A stretch of 64,000 nucleotides of DNA from an uncultured Bacillota bacterium (GCA_963804645.1 CAWDRG010000009.1:704001-768000), one strand, 5' to 3'; shown: positions 1-10,189, numbered from the stretch's first letter. Notes: generated from the letters alone by a model not told the origin. Program-made: numbers and translations.

Positions 1-2
1 CG

Positions 3-487
3 GCGCTTCCTTCCTTTACCGTAGCGAAAGACGCGATCGGCGCGCACGTCTATCTGCGTTCGCTCCCCTATGTTGACGCGAACCGTATCGCGGTCGTGGG
101 ATGGAGCCTGGGAGGCGAAGCCGCCTCGTCCGCGGGCAACAAGGGATCGATCGTCGGCGCGCTCACTGAGTGGTGCCGGCTGCCTTCGCGTTCTATCCGG
201 ATTGCGAGTATCTTCTGCATTACGCGAAAGATGCTCGCGTCCCCACGCTCATCCTGATTGGGCAGGCGGACGACTGGGATTCGCCTAGCGAGTGCCAGGA
301 CGCCGCGCAGGCCTCGCAGCAGAACGGGCAGCCGGTCACGATCCAGACGTTCCCCGGAGCGCCTCACGCGTTCGACGTGGCTCCGAAACCGATTGTGTAT
401 CTGGGGCACAAGGAGGCGTACGATGCGGCGGCAGCAGCAGTGGCCCAGAGCGCGCTGCTGAGTTTTCTCGGGGACAATTTCAAATAG
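3..487 (+). pseudogene. Dienelactone hydrolase family protein, 5'-partial, with a frameshift near 165-170
   Basis: Frame 3 reads ...YLRSLPYVDANRIAVVGWSLGG (nucleophile elbow). The C-terminal half (AFYPDC...PTLILIGQADDW...FPGAPHAFD) is in frame 2, starting just after a TGA at 167-169. Confidence 0.75.
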
Positions 488-520
488 CACGGCTATTTCA
501 CCACCCAGGTCCTAGCGGCG

Positions 521-571
521 GCGGTGGGGCCGGCAACTGCCCCGGGGGTTCAAATCCATCACCCTCCGCCA
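521..571 (+). other. Orphan 3' fragment of a tRNA-Ser-like gene (variable arm, T-arm, acceptor 3' strand, GCCA); candidate att site
   Basis: GGGGC-cggcaact-GCCCC hairpin, then GGGGG-TTCAAAT-CCATC (T-arm, one mismatch), then ACCCTCC-GCCA. No complementary 5' acceptor strand or D-arm upstream. Confidence 0.6.
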
Positions 572-1367
572 ATGATCCAGGAACCACGTGGGCTGCGCAC
601 GCCGTGTCCGACTCGAACCGCACCCCAGAATATTAGCCGCCGTGTGATCTCGGGTGAGAATGCAGTGGCTGGCTTCTTTGGGGGGTGTTCGTCGTGCACC
701 GATTCGAACTACAGGTTCTGCGGCGCCCAACGCGCAATGACGTCGCGGACCTGGACGATCAGATTGCGGCGTTCAACTGCGACGCAACCAACGCCCCGGG
801 ACGACCTGGAACTCGGCATCTTCGTCCGCGGCGGCGATGGCAGCCTCAATGTCGACGGCGAACCTACTTCGTGAAAATCGCGTTCCCATCAACGACCGTC
901 ACGAGCCGCCACCCCTGGGCGCTGAGTGCATTGAGATTGGATGCTGCGGCTGCGCACCTGGATGCGGCGAAATTTAATTGAGCGTTCACGTTGCTCGCCC
1001 GGCCCTGGGTGCGGAGGCTGCTTGGACACCCGTGATTTGACCCAGGGTGAACACGGTGTATTGAATGGACGTCGCGGCGTACGAGGCCGAGTGAGGCGTT
1101 CCGATGAGGAACCCAGCCCGAAGACGGCAAGAACAAATCCTAACAGTGTGCTCCGCACCAAATCACCCCCGGCCTCTGGACGGCACTCGCTTCGGACGGC
1201 TCTGGGCGCCCCTCGCTCGTGCCGTTTCGTCGGGACGATGTTGTTGAGGCCTTACATTGTGGGCGCAACTCTTAATCGTAATAATTGAGTCCACGCGCAG
1301 GGACCGGCTGCAGACACCGCAAATAAGCGGTTGAAACGAACACACAATGTGCAAAGAGGTGTGGATC

Positions 1368-1706
1368 ATGCGATTTCTTGTGACCGCGGAATACGTCGAA
1401 GTGGGCGCGTTGCTGCCGCCGGAGGCGATCGGCCCGCTGGCGCAGCACGTTATTCTCCCGAGTCTCGAAATGTTGGCGAAGTGGGAGCAGGACGGCAAGA
1501 TCCGTGGCGGCGTGCATGCCGGAGAGCGATCCGGCGCCTTCATTGTCGACGCCGCGTCCAACGAGGAAGTTGGAACGCTCCTCGCGAGCCTGCCATTTTG
1601 GGGGCTGGTGAAGTGGGACGTGACCCCGCTGCAGTCCTGGGCGTCCACCGTCGAGCGAGACCGAGGCGCCTTTCAAAGGGCCGCGTCCGGCGTCCCCAAG
1701 CGCTGA
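1368..1706 (+). CDS. Muconolactone isomerase-like / DUF3303-like small protein
   Basis: GAGGT RBS then ATG. C-terminal GAFIVDAASNEEVGTLLASLPFWGLVKWDVTPL is typical of this dimeric alpha+beta barrel family. Confidence 0.75.
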   Translation: MRFLVTAEYVEVGALLPPEAIGPLAQHVILPSLEMLAKWEQDGKIRGGVHAGERSGAFIVDAASNEEVGTLLASLPFWGLVKWDVTPLQSWASTVERDRGAFQRAASGVPKR

Positions 1707-1956
1707 CTCGGCTGTGTGAGATGAGCTCCGACCCCGTGCCGGGGCGCCCGTTGGCCCCCGGCGCGGGGGGCAGCGTGGCCAATAGGCCGGCAGGTCCCCT
1801 CGACGAACCCGTTCGGTTCCGCGGACTTTGAGAATCATGAGATCTTCATAGACTCTTGGCGAGTTCTTCTCCCGGCTGCGGGACCCTCAGAAGTGTCAGA
1901 ACCTTGCGGCCCGCGACGGCACGGGCACGCAGGGTAGATCCGAGCCTCTGGGGTTG

Positions 1957-2250
1957 ATGGTCGTGCTGCGGGCACTGGCAAACGGTCGGGTGGCTCGGTT
2001 CGTGGTCTTGAGTGCGGCGTTTGTCGCGTTGAGCGGACTTCCGGCGTATGCCCAATCGGGCGGACACTACCGGCACAACCAGAGCAGCGAGTCGTGCCAG
2101 GCCGGCCGCTGGCAGCAGGCCAACACGTGTCGGGGTCAGCCTCAGCAGTATCGGGGGCCCGAGTATCAGGCGCCCGCGCAGCCTCAGCCGGATCGGGGCG
2201 GGCCCGCGCAGTCTCCCGCGCGTATTCCAGACGATGGAAGCAGCAAGTAG
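1957..2250 (+). CDS. Hypothetical small secreted protein
   Basis: Signal-peptide-like FVVLSAAFVALSGLPAYA-Q followed by a Gln/Pro-rich tail with two Cys. Confidence 0.5.
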   Translation: MVVLRALANGRVARFVVLSAAFVALSGLPAYAQSGGHYRHNQSSESCQAGRWQQANTCRGQPQQYRGPEYQAPAQPQPDRGGPAQSPARIPDDGSSK

Positions 2251-3157
2251 GCGCGCGAACAGGCCTACGGCTCACGCTGAATGAGACGCGGTTTCGCGGA
2301 CTCCCTCCCGGGCCGGGTACCCTGGAGGGAGTCCGTTTCCGTCCGCGCCGCGGCGGCGGGACCGATGCTCGGAGTATCGCCCCAGGAGAACACGAGCTGG
2401 TCGGTCCCGGCGACGTGATAAATCGTCACGAGACGGCCGCCCACGCAGCGCTCGCCCGCCTTCGTCATCGCGCACTTCTCGCTCGCAGGGCCCAAGAACT
2501 TCAGCAGTGCTGCTGACACTTCCCGTATTGATTCCAGAGCGCCGAATTCGAGAGACACTGCGGCTGCTGTGGAAATGCCGCGGCCACCGCATTGTAAACG
2601 GCATAACTGGGCGGCTCGCGGCGAGGACCCCGAACGAGCGCGTCCCCAAGGGGTCCGCCCGCAAAGCGGCACGAAGAAAGTCATCACGAGCGAGCGCATG
2701 TTCATCCACTTCCGCAGGGTCGCCGCGCCGTGTTCGACGCAGGGTGCCGCCGGCCAGCCCGGCCTTGATTCGCGCCCGGTCCGGCCTTTCGTGCGGGGCG
2801 GGTTTGGTCCTTCACTCTAAAACGTCGCGCCGCACGCGGCGACGGGCCCGAATGCACCGGCTCCTGGCGCCGACGCCCGCGGCACCGTGTCCCTTCGTGT
2901 TTGCTGAGTCGCCGGACTTGTCGATCGAACTGGCCGCGGGGTCCCGCCAGTCCGAATGGCGGCCGATCACGCGTGGTGGTTCAATCGTCAGGCCGGCAGT
3001 TCGAGGGGTTCCACGGTGCGGGGCGAAACATGGGGAATCTTGCGGGATTGGAGCGCCGCGCGGCGGCAAGGTGTGCGCCGTTCGTCTCCCCGCCGGCGGA
3101 GGGGATCCCGACGACGACGATCCCCTCCGGATCGGCTCATTCTATGATGGAGCGTGT

Positions 3158-3736
3158 ATGCCGGAACGTGCGTTCCGCATCTTGGGCATCCCGGGCAGCC
3201 TGAGGCGGTTTTCGTGGAATCGCGGGCTGCTCGTGGCGGCGCGAGAGGGCGCTCCCTCAGGAATCGAAATCCACATCGCCGATCTCTCCCCGATTCCACT
3301 GTTCAACGAGGATGTGGAGGCCGCCGGGGCGCCGCCGGCGGTCGAGGCGTTTCGGCAGGAGATCCGCGCGGCCGATGCGCTGCTGATCGCGGTGCCGGAA
3401 TACAACTATTCAATGCCGGGCGTGCTCAAGAATGCGATCGACTGGGCGGCCCGGCCTTCGCGAGAGAGTGCGCTGCGCCGTAAACCCGCGGCGCTCATGG
3501 GGGCGGGCGGCGCGAGCGGCACGGTGCGCTCCCAGCTCGCTCTTCGACAGGTGTTCGTGTTTACCGAGACCTACGTGCTGCCGAAACCGGAGCTGTACGT
3601 GCGGAACGCCGCCGCCAGTTTCGACGCCGAGGGCCGGTTGACCGACGCCCACGTGCGCGACCAACTGCCGCCGCTGCTGGCCGCGCTCGTCAAGTGGACG
3701 CGGGCGGTCGCCCACATGAGCGACGACGCGCGCTGA
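3158..3736 (+). CDS. NAD(P)H-dependent FMN reductase (ChrR/SsuE-like)
   Basis: ILGIPGSLRRFSWN and PEYNYSMPGVLKNAIDW motifs. Confidence 0.93.
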   Translation: MPERAFRILGIPGSLRRFSWNRGLLVAAREGAPSGIEIHIADLSPIPLFNEDVEAAGAPPAVEAFRQEIRAADALLIAVPEYNYSMPGVLKNAIDWAARPSRESALRRKPAALMGAGGASGTVRSQLALRQVFVFTETYVLPKPELYVRNAAASFDAEGRLTDAHVRDQLPPLLAALVKWTRAVAHMSDDAR

Positions 3737-3801
3737 CCCTGTAGGAGCGCCGCGGTCCCGCCGTGGCGCGGCGCCGCGGAGATACGGCGAGCGGCGTCGC
3801 G

Positions 3802-4266
3802 CTATCCCGGCGGCGGGGCGGGTGTCAGCCCGTGACGGCGCATGATCTCGACCATCTTTGCCCGATCGGGCGGACCCCCGGCCGCGGAGACCATCACCGC
3901 CGTCATCTCGCGAAAGTACTCGGGGCCGAGCACGCCGGGACTGATCACGCAGAGCTGCTTGACGTCCTCGGAGCCGCGATTGTCGAATCGATGGACCGCG
4001 CCGCGGGGGATGCACAGCGACTGTCCCGGCGCGACGTCAAACGGTGCGCCGTCGACCGTCCAGGTCAAGACGCCGGTGAGGCCATAGACCGTTTCTTCGT
4101 ACCGGTCATGACTGTGCGCCGGCGCGGTCAACCGCTCTCCCGCCGGAACGGTCAATTCGAAGAGCGCCGCGCTGCCGTTTGAGTCGGCGCCGGTGACCAA
4201 GAAGCGAATCCCCAACGGGCCGGCCTGGATCATTTCATCCGAGGCATTCACCCGGAGCGATGTCAT
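3802..4266 (-). CDS. Cupin domain protein
   Basis: PAHSHDRYEETVYGLTG and GQSLCIPRGAVHRFDN cupin motifs. Confidence 0.9.
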   Translation of the reverse strand: MTSLRVNASDEMIQAGPLGIRFLVTGADSNGSAALFELTVPAGERLTAPAHSHDRYEETVYGLTGVLTWTVDGAPFDVAPGQSLCIPRGAVHRFDNRGSEDVKQLCVISPGVLGPEYFREMTAVMVSAAGGPPDRAKMVEIMRRHGLTPAPPPG

Positions 4267-4433
4267 GCGAGCCCCCTTCTCGGCGCGGCCGCGGAGTCTC
4301 TCTGTAGCGCGGGGTGGAGATTCATCGGCACCGAATCGCGATCCTCCGACGCCGGGCGGCGGTCCGTCCGCCATGCCCGGCGTCGGCGAGCCCGGCTGCT
4401 CAACTCAAACCTGCCCTACTGCTCAGCATTTTC

Positions 4434-4462
4434 TTGACGCGTTCGACCCACCCGCGTATAGT
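4434..4462 (+). promoter_or_regulatory. Sigma70-type promoter for the riboswitch-btuB-tonB transcript
   Basis: TTGACG-17 nt-TATAGT. Confidence 0.75.
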
Positions 4463-4483
4463 CAAAATCAAACTTCATACCGT

Positions 4484-4677
4484 GCTGGGTGGGTGCCCCC
4501 GGTTCGCCGGGGGTAAAAGGGAAGTCCGGTGCGCGGTCCGCGGGTACGACGCCCGCGGGTGCCGCAACGCCGGCGCGGTCCCGCCACTGTAACGGGGAGC
4601 TGTTCCGCAGCGCCACTGGTCATCTGGGAAGGCGCGGAGCGGCGATGATCCGGAGCCAGGAAACCTGCCCGTCCAGC
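4484..4677 (+). ncRNA. Cobalamin (B12) riboswitch
   Basis: Conserved elements AAAAGGGAAGTCCGGTG, CCCGCCACTGTAA, GCCACTG...GGGAAGG and B12 box GAGCCAGGAAACCTGCC, upstream of a TonB-dependent receptor. Confidence 0.95.
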
Positions 4678-4801
4678 TGCGTACGGCGACCTTCGGCCGA
4701 AAGGTAAGTACGCCCGCGGCGCACCGCCGCTTTTGGTCCCCGTGCCTCGATCGTTGGGGCCATTTTATTTTGGGGCGCGTGCCGCGAACGGGGGGATTGG
4801 G

Positions 4802-6643
4802 ATGCGGTACCGCAGTGCACGTGTCTCCGTGTGCGTGTGCGCGTTCGTGGTCTGCCTCAACGGTGTCGCGGCCACCTCCGCTCGCGCGCAGGAGGCGCCG
4901 CCCGGTCCTCCGACGTTCGAACTCCCGGAGATCGACGTCGCGGGGCAGCGCCCGCAACTGCCGTCGACGACACCGGCGGCCGTCAGCGTCATTACCTCGG
5001 ACGAGATCGCCTCGATGGGAGCGCTGACCGTCGGCGACGTACTGCGCGTGCTGCCCGAACTGACAATCAAGTCGAGTGGGGGGCCGGGCTCGCTGACCAC
5101 CGTGAGCATTCGGGGATCGTCGTCGACGCAGGTGCTGATTCTCATCGACGGCGTCCCGATCAATCGTCCGGATCAGCCGTCGGTGGACCTCAGCTCGCTT
5201 CCCATCCAAGACGTGGACCACGTCGAGGTGCTGCGCGGCCCGTTCTCGGGGCAGTATGGCAGCAACACGCTGGGCGGCGTGATCAATATCGTGACCAAAT
5301 CGGCCCCGGAGACCACGGCCTCGGCGCGCGGCGGTTCCTACGGCGCGAACGCCGGCATCCTGTCGTACGGTGGGAAGACCGGCAACCTGACGTACCTTCT
5401 GCAGGGGATCTCGAACGGCGACTCGGGGTTCACCACCGACACCGGCTACAACAAGACCACCGAGACGGCAAAGCTCCAATTGGCCACGAGCGCCACTTCC
5501 GGGTGGACGCTTTCGGTCAACCAGTATTCCGGCATGGTGGGCACCCCCGGGCCGCTGCCGGTCGCGACGCAGGACCCGCTGGCGAACACGGTGGAGTCGC
5601 GGACGCTCGCGGATCTGACGTGGCAGAGCGGGCAGCCCGACGGGCCGGGAACGATGTTTCGCCTCTACAGCCTCGACGACGGGGTGGGGTTCAACTCGCC
5701 GGGGATCGCGTACCAATCGTTCGACGAGGCCGATCTGTGGGGGGCGCAGGCGCAGGCGGTGCTGGCGGCGGGCCACAACAACCTGGTCACGCTCGGTGCG
5801 CAGTTCCAGGGACAGAGCGTCGCGCACACCGACAACGCTCCCACGGAGTTCAACGACGTCGGCAACGACCTCGGTCTGTACATCGAGGACAACTGGCAGA
5901 TCGGATCGGCGGCGTTGATCACGGTCGGCCTGCGGGACGACATCTTTCAGCTGTACGGCACGCAGGCGGATCCCTGGGGCGGCGTGGTCATCCTTCTCAG
6001 CGACCGGGCGTCGCTGCGATTCGCGGCCGGCCGGTCGTTTCGGGCGCCGAGCTTCGATGAGGTGGCGCCCGCGTTCAATGGAAACCCCAATCTCCAGCCC
6101 GAGATCGCGTGGCAGTACGAGATGGGCTTCGATTATACGCTCTCGCCCAATCTGGCCGTACACCTCAGCGGGTATTACACGAACGCGGTCAACTTGATCA
6201 CGTCCGTGCCGCCCCTGTTTGTCCCCCAGAACGTCGGTCATGCGATCGTGACCGGCGGATCGATCGAGGTCGTGGGCCGGGTCACCGACCGCCTGTTCTT
6301 GCGCGCGAACTACACGGATCAGATCGCGACCGACGAGTCCACCGGGCTCAACGTGATCTACGTGCCGAAGCAGATGGCGAACTTCGAGGTGATCTACAGC
6401 CTGTCCCAGGCGACCCGCGTCGACGTCACGGTGAGCTACGTGGGGGACCAGTTCAACGACCCGGCAAACACGCAGCTGGTGCCCGGGTATTGGCTGACGT
6501 CGCTGACGGTCAATCAGGCACTCGCCGCTGGCTGGGGGCTGCAGGTCGGGATCGCCAACGTGTTCGATGTGCCGTATCAGGCGACGCTGAACTATCCCGA
6601 GCCCGGCAGGACCTTCTTCGCCACGGTGACAAAGAGTTTCTAA
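4802..6643 (+). CDS. btuB: TonB-dependent cobalamin receptor (BtuB-like)
   Basis: Signal peptide, plug motifs (VSIRGSSSTQVLILIDGVPIN; VEVLRGPFSGQYGSNTLGGVINIVT), GNPNLQPE, terminal PGRTFFATVTKSF. Substrate is inferred from the riboswitch. Confidence 0.9.
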   Translation: MRYRSARVSVCVCAFVVCLNGVAATSARAQEAPPGPPTFELPEIDVAGQRPQLPSTTPAAVSVITSDEIASMGALTVGDVLRVLPELTIKSSGGPGSLTTVSIRGSSSTQVLILIDGVPINRPDQPSVDLSSLPIQDVDHVEVLRGPFSGQYGSNTLGGVINIVTKSAPETTASARGGSYGANAGILSYGGKTGNLTYLLQGISNGDSGFTTDTGYNKTTETAKLQLATSATSGWTLSVNQYSGMVGTPGPLPVATQDPLANTVESRTLADLTWQSGQPDGPGTMFRLYSLDDGVGFNSPGIAYQSFDEADLWGAQAQAVLAAGHNNLVTLGAQFQGQSVAHTDNAPTEFNDVGNDLGLYIEDNWQIGSAALITVGLRDDIFQLYGTQADPWGGVVILLSDRASLRFAAGRSFRAPSFDEVAPAFNGNPNLQPEIAWQYEMGFDYTLSPNLAVHLSGYYTNAVNLITSVPPLFVPQNVGHAIVTGGSIEVVGRVTDRLFLRANYTDQIATDESTGLNVIYVPKQMANFEVIYSLSQATRVDVTVSYVGDQFNDPANTQLVPGYWLTSLTVNQALAAGWGLQVGIANVFDVPYQATLNYPEPGRTFFATVTKSF

Positions 6644-6662
6644 CGGCGATTCGGAGCGGAGC

Positions 6663-7541
6663 GTGGCGGTGCGCGTAGTTCGGCTGCTCGTGATAGGATT
6701 GGCCGCTGCGGTGGCCCTCGGCGGCGCCGCGATGCTGTGGCGCCATCAGGCGGCTCCGGTCCCGCCGTCAGGGACACGCGTGCCCGCCGGCCTGTCCGGT
6801 CCGACCGCGCAGCAGGAGGGCGATGTGCTTTCCCAAGGGGCGCCGTCCGCCTCGCTTCCGGCGCCGCGGGTGCCGCGAGCCGCACCGCGCCCGGTCGTTC
6901 CCTCAACCGAGACGCCCGGCCCCGTTCCCCGGCCGCCGCGCGATGCGGCCGTGCCGCCCGACAGGGCGCGACTCGGCCAGGCTGCCCCGCCGCCGGCGGC
7001 ATCCCCACGCGACCGCGCGTCGCGTCCGGAGAGATCATCCGGCAGGTCGTCACCGGATGAGTCGGCCGCGTCGCAGGGATCGGCCGCGGCCGGGTCACCG
7101 CAGGCGCCCGCAGCGCCGCAGGGAGCCGCGGATGCCGCGGGCGGTGGAGCAGGCGGGACGACCGGGTCCGCGATCTCCGGCTCTGGTCCGCCGCTGGCCG
7201 CCGCGGCTCCGGCGCCCGTCCCTCCGGTCATCAGCCCGCCGCGCGTGCTGTCCACCGGGACCATGGAATATCCAGGAGATGCGCTTCAACTGACCCTCAA
7301 GCGTCAGGATCTGGGCGCCTCGCTCACGATCGTGGCGCCGGACGGTGTGGTGCGGCTTCGCGCGCTGGTGCTGGCCGACGGCAGCGTGCGCAGCGTGGAC
7401 GTGGTCGGGACGTCCGGCTCGAACACGCTGGACCGCTCGGCCGCGGACGCTGTGCGGCACTGGCAGTTTGCTCCGGCGACGCGGGATGGGACGCCGATCG
7501 ACGCGTACGTGACGCTGAGGATTCGCTACGTGGTTCGCTGA
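6663..7541 (+). CDS. tonB: Energy transducer TonB family protein
   Basis: N-terminal TM anchor, Pro/Ala-rich linker, TonB_C domain (YP...GVVRLRALVLADGSV...SGSNTLDRSAADAVRHWQFAPA). Confidence 0.88.
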   Translation: MAVRVVRLLVIGLAAAVALGGAAMLWRHQAAPVPPSGTRVPAGLSGPTAQQEGDVLSQGAPSASLPAPRVPRAAPRPVVPSTETPGPVPRPPRDAAVPPDRARLGQAAPPPAASPRDRASRPERSSGRSSPDESAASQGSAAAGSPQAPAAPQGAADAAGGGAGGTTGSAISGSGPPLAAAAPAPVPPVISPPRVLSTGTMEYPGDALQLTLKRQDLGASLTIVAPDGVVRLRALVLADGSVRSVDVVGTSGSNTLDRSAADAVRHWQFAPATRDGTPIDAYVTLRIRYVVR

Positions 7542-8074
7542 GCGGTTGCGGTCAGGGGACGGGCGAGGCGGGCGGCGGCGTCGTAGACGCCGAAAAATGC
7601 GAGCGAGTAGATGAGATCGCTCGCCACGGTGTTGCGGAAGAACGGGATCCCCGCGAGGTAGGACGCCCAGAGCCCGTTCAGGCCGTGCGGATACAGCGGT
7701 CCGAGCCACTCTCCGAAGTTCGTGACCAGGAAGAACAAGACCGACGCGGCGAGCGACGTGGCGATGATCCGAACCGGCGTCCGGCCGCGCCGCAGCGTGA
7801 GCCCCAGCAGCCCGATCAGAACGAAGCTGCCGTAGACCCACACGAACCCGGGATAAAAGCCGAGGACCGCGTCGGACAGGGCAAGCGCGGCGAGCGGCAC
7901 GACGAGTCCCATCCCCCGCGGCAGCACCGCCCCGCCGAACAGAGCCATGGCGCCGATCGGCGCGAAGTTCCACGGGTGCGGCACGACGCGCAGCACGGCC
8001 CCGATCCCGATCAGCGCGTACGGGATCGCGTCGAACCAGCCAGCGTCGTGGGCCCGGGGGCGTTCGCTCCTCAC
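7526..8074 (-). CDS. DUF6580-like membrane protein (ECF S-component/BtuM-like candidate vitamin transporter)
   Basis: RVVPHPWNFAPIGAMALFGGA...FFLVTNFGEW...YLAGIPFFRNT, about six hydrophobic segments. Start codon uncertain. Confidence 0.8.
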   Translation of the reverse strand: MRSERPRAHDAGWFDAIPYALIGIGAVLRVVPHPWNFAPIGAMALFGGAVLPRGMGLVVPLAALALSDAVLGFYPGFVWVYGSFVLIGLLGLTLRRGRTPVRIIATSLAASVLFFLVTNFGEWLGPLYPHGLNGLWASYLAGIPFFRNTVASDLIYSLAFFGVYDAAARLARPLTATAQRTT

Positions 8075-8181
8075 AACCGCGACCGTTCTCCGGGAGACGC
8101 GGAGATCCCTTGTGGGGATGGGCCCACGGGCCGTGCTCGGCGGGGCAGGAAGGCGCCGCGTTCGGGACAAACTCGTACCGC

Positions 8182-9177
8182 GTGCCGTTTATCTGCGTGG
8201 TCACGGATCACGACTATCTGACGTTCGAGCCCGAGGAGCGCGTACTGCGCCCCGTCGGCGTCGAGCTCGTGGTGGCGGGCCGAGAGCGCGCCGCGCTGCG
8301 CAAGGCGTTTGCCACGGCAGACGCGTTGCTGAGCCAGTACATCCCGATCGATGCCGAGACCGTCAAGATGTTGCCCCGGTGTCTCGTGATCGTGAGGTAC
8401 GGCGTGGGTTTTGACGCCGTCGATCTCGCGGCCGCGACGGAGGCTGGGATCTGCGTCTGCAACGTGCCCGACTACGGGACGCAAGAGGTCGCCCTCCACG
8501 CGATCACCCTGCTGCTGGGGGTGCACCGAAGGATCGCGCAGTACGACGCAGCCTTGCGGCAAGGTCGATGGCTGGCCGGTCCGGAGGTCGTCCCACCGAT
8601 CCACCGCCTGTCCGGGCGTACACTCGGCATCGTCGGGCTCGGCCGGATCGGCAAGGCCGTGGCTTCCTACGCGGCGCCGCTCGGCCTGCATCTGCTTGCG
8701 TACGATCCGTACATCACCAGAACCGCCGCCATCGAGGCGGGGGCGGTCCTGGTCGACTACGCGACGCTCTTGCGGCAGTCCGACTTCGTGACGTTCCACA
8801 CCCCATTGACCCCGGAAACCCGACACCTGCTGAGCGATGCGGAGCTGCGGCTGATGAAGCCGGACGCGCTGGTCGTCAACACCGCCCGCGGCGCGGTCAT
8901 CGAGACGGCGGCGCTCGCCAAGGCGCTGCGCGAGGGGCGTCTTGCTGGCGCGGGGATTGATGTGTTCGAGGGAGAACCGCTCGCGCAGAATCACCCGCTG
9001 CGGAGTACACCGAACACGCTGCTGACCCCGCACGTCGCCTGGTACAGCGAAGAGTCCCAGCAAGCGCTCAAGCGGATGGCCGCCGAGGAAGTCGCGCGGG
9101 TCGCGCGCGGCGAATGGCCGCGGTCCGTCGTTAACCCCGATGTACGCGCGAACGCGCGCCTCCAGGCCAAATCCTAG
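8182..9177 (+). CDS. D-isomer-specific 2-hydroxyacid dehydrogenase (CtBP-like)
   Basis: RYGVGFDAVD, GLGRIG, VNTARG, DVFEGEP, TPHVAWYS. Confidence 0.93.
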   Translation: MPFICVVTDHDYLTFEPEERVLRPVGVELVVAGRERAALRKAFATADALLSQYIPIDAETVKMLPRCLVIVRYGVGFDAVDLAAATEAGICVCNVPDYGTQEVALHAITLLLGVHRRIAQYDAALRQGRWLAGPEVVPPIHRLSGRTLGIVGLGRIGKAVASYAAPLGLHLLAYDPYITRTAAIEAGAVLVDYATLLRQSDFVTFHTPLTPETRHLLSDAELRLMKPDALVVNTARGAVIETAALAKALREGRLAGAGIDVFEGEPLAQNHPLRSTPNTLLTPHVAWYSEESQQALKRMAAEEVARVARGEWPRSVVNPDVRANARLQAKS

Positions 9178-9567
9178 CGCCGCGGTGACCCCGATTCTGA
9201 AGTAAGGTGCTGCCCTGCCGATTGTTCACGGATCGTGGTGCGGTGGCGGCCGGGTCATGGATGTGACGAGCGGCCAGCCGCGTTCCTCCGGCCCGCAGGG
9301 ATTCGCTGATGCGGGTGACGCGGGGCAGCGATGATACACACGCCCCGGCCGTGGGGAACATATGTTATAGGCCCGCGGGCGCCGCGGGCTGTCCCACAGC
9401 CGGGAGCACTGACGGAGCCGGGGCGACACCCGGCTCCGACGTTTCCGTCCAGGCCGGACGGAGAGCCCGATCGCGATCCACGCTCCTGCCCGCCGGCCGG
9501 GCGTCCCCCTGCGGCGTCCGGAGGGGACATCGCGCATCATGCTACAATAGGTTCGAGGTGATCGTGT

Positions 9568-9933
9568 GTGGCATTAGTGCTGACGTTTCCCTGCGGACGG
9601 TGCGGCAAGAAGTACAGCATCTACTATCCGAAGACGTTCGTGTATTCCGTCTACGGCACGGGGACACGGGCGCAGGGCGAGCGAGAAGACGCCGAGGAGA
9701 TCACCTCGGGCGCCGTCGAGGTAGCCCGGAACCACGCCGAGAAATCCGGAAACATGTGGATCGACGTGAGCCAGCAGGCGAAGATCACCTGTACCTGCGG
9801 CAAGAACCTCGATTTGAACCTGGCCAATCATCCGCGCGTCCCGGAGCGGAAGCGCGCCGCGCCCGTTCGTCAGACCGGCGTGATCGCGTTCCCGAGCGCC
9901 GCCCCGAAGAAGCCCCCGGCGTCGATCTCGTAG
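9568..9933 (+). CDS. Hypothetical protein with a split Zn-ribbon (CxxC...CxC)
   Basis: TACAAT -10 and GAGGTG RBS, GTG start. CGRCG near the N-terminus and CTCG near residue 75. Confidence 0.75.
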   Translation: MALVLTFPCGRCGKKYSIYYPKTFVYSVYGTGTRAQGEREDAEEITSGAVEVARNHAEKSGNMWIDVSQQAKITCTCGKNLDLNLANHPRVPERKRAAPVRQTGVIAFPSAAPKKPPASIS

Positions 9934-9961
9934 TTCGCGGCGCCGGCACGCGGCGCGTGCA

Positions 9962-10189
9962 TCATTCCGGGGGCGCTGCGGGGGATCGCGCGGCGACCAC
10001 GAGGTGCGTCACTTTCATGCCGCGCGGCGTGCGTTCCGCTTCGTACTCAACCGGCTCTCCCGGCTCCAGCCGGCGGCGGCCGGCGCGCCGCACAATCCGG
10101 CGGTGGATGAACACGTCGTGACCGTCGGCATCCAAGAGGAAACCGTATCCCATCCGGCTGTCAAACCACTTGACGGTCCCGTGTTCCAC
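9962..10189 (-). CDS. Cold-shock domain protein (Arg-rich)
   Basis: GTVKWFD..MGYGFL..DVFIH (RNP1/RNP2). Confidence 0.9.
   Translation of the reverse strand: MEHGTVKWFDSRMGYGFLLDADGHDVFIHRRIVRRAGRRRLEPGEPVEYEAERTPRGMKVTHLVVAARSPAAPPE

Noticed and set aside
640..1140. Protein-like fragments (DDLELGIFVRGGDG; LNALSAQGWRLVTV, DUF4177-like)
   Set aside because: No coherent start or frame. Probably decayed remnants, too weak to call.
2265..2705. 146-aa minus-strand ORF
   Set aside because: The central part is plausible, but there is no motif or RBS and the start cannot be defined.
9356..9367. GAAC-ATAT-GTTA near-match to a LexA box
   Set aside because: One mismatch and no convincing gene immediately downstream in either direction.
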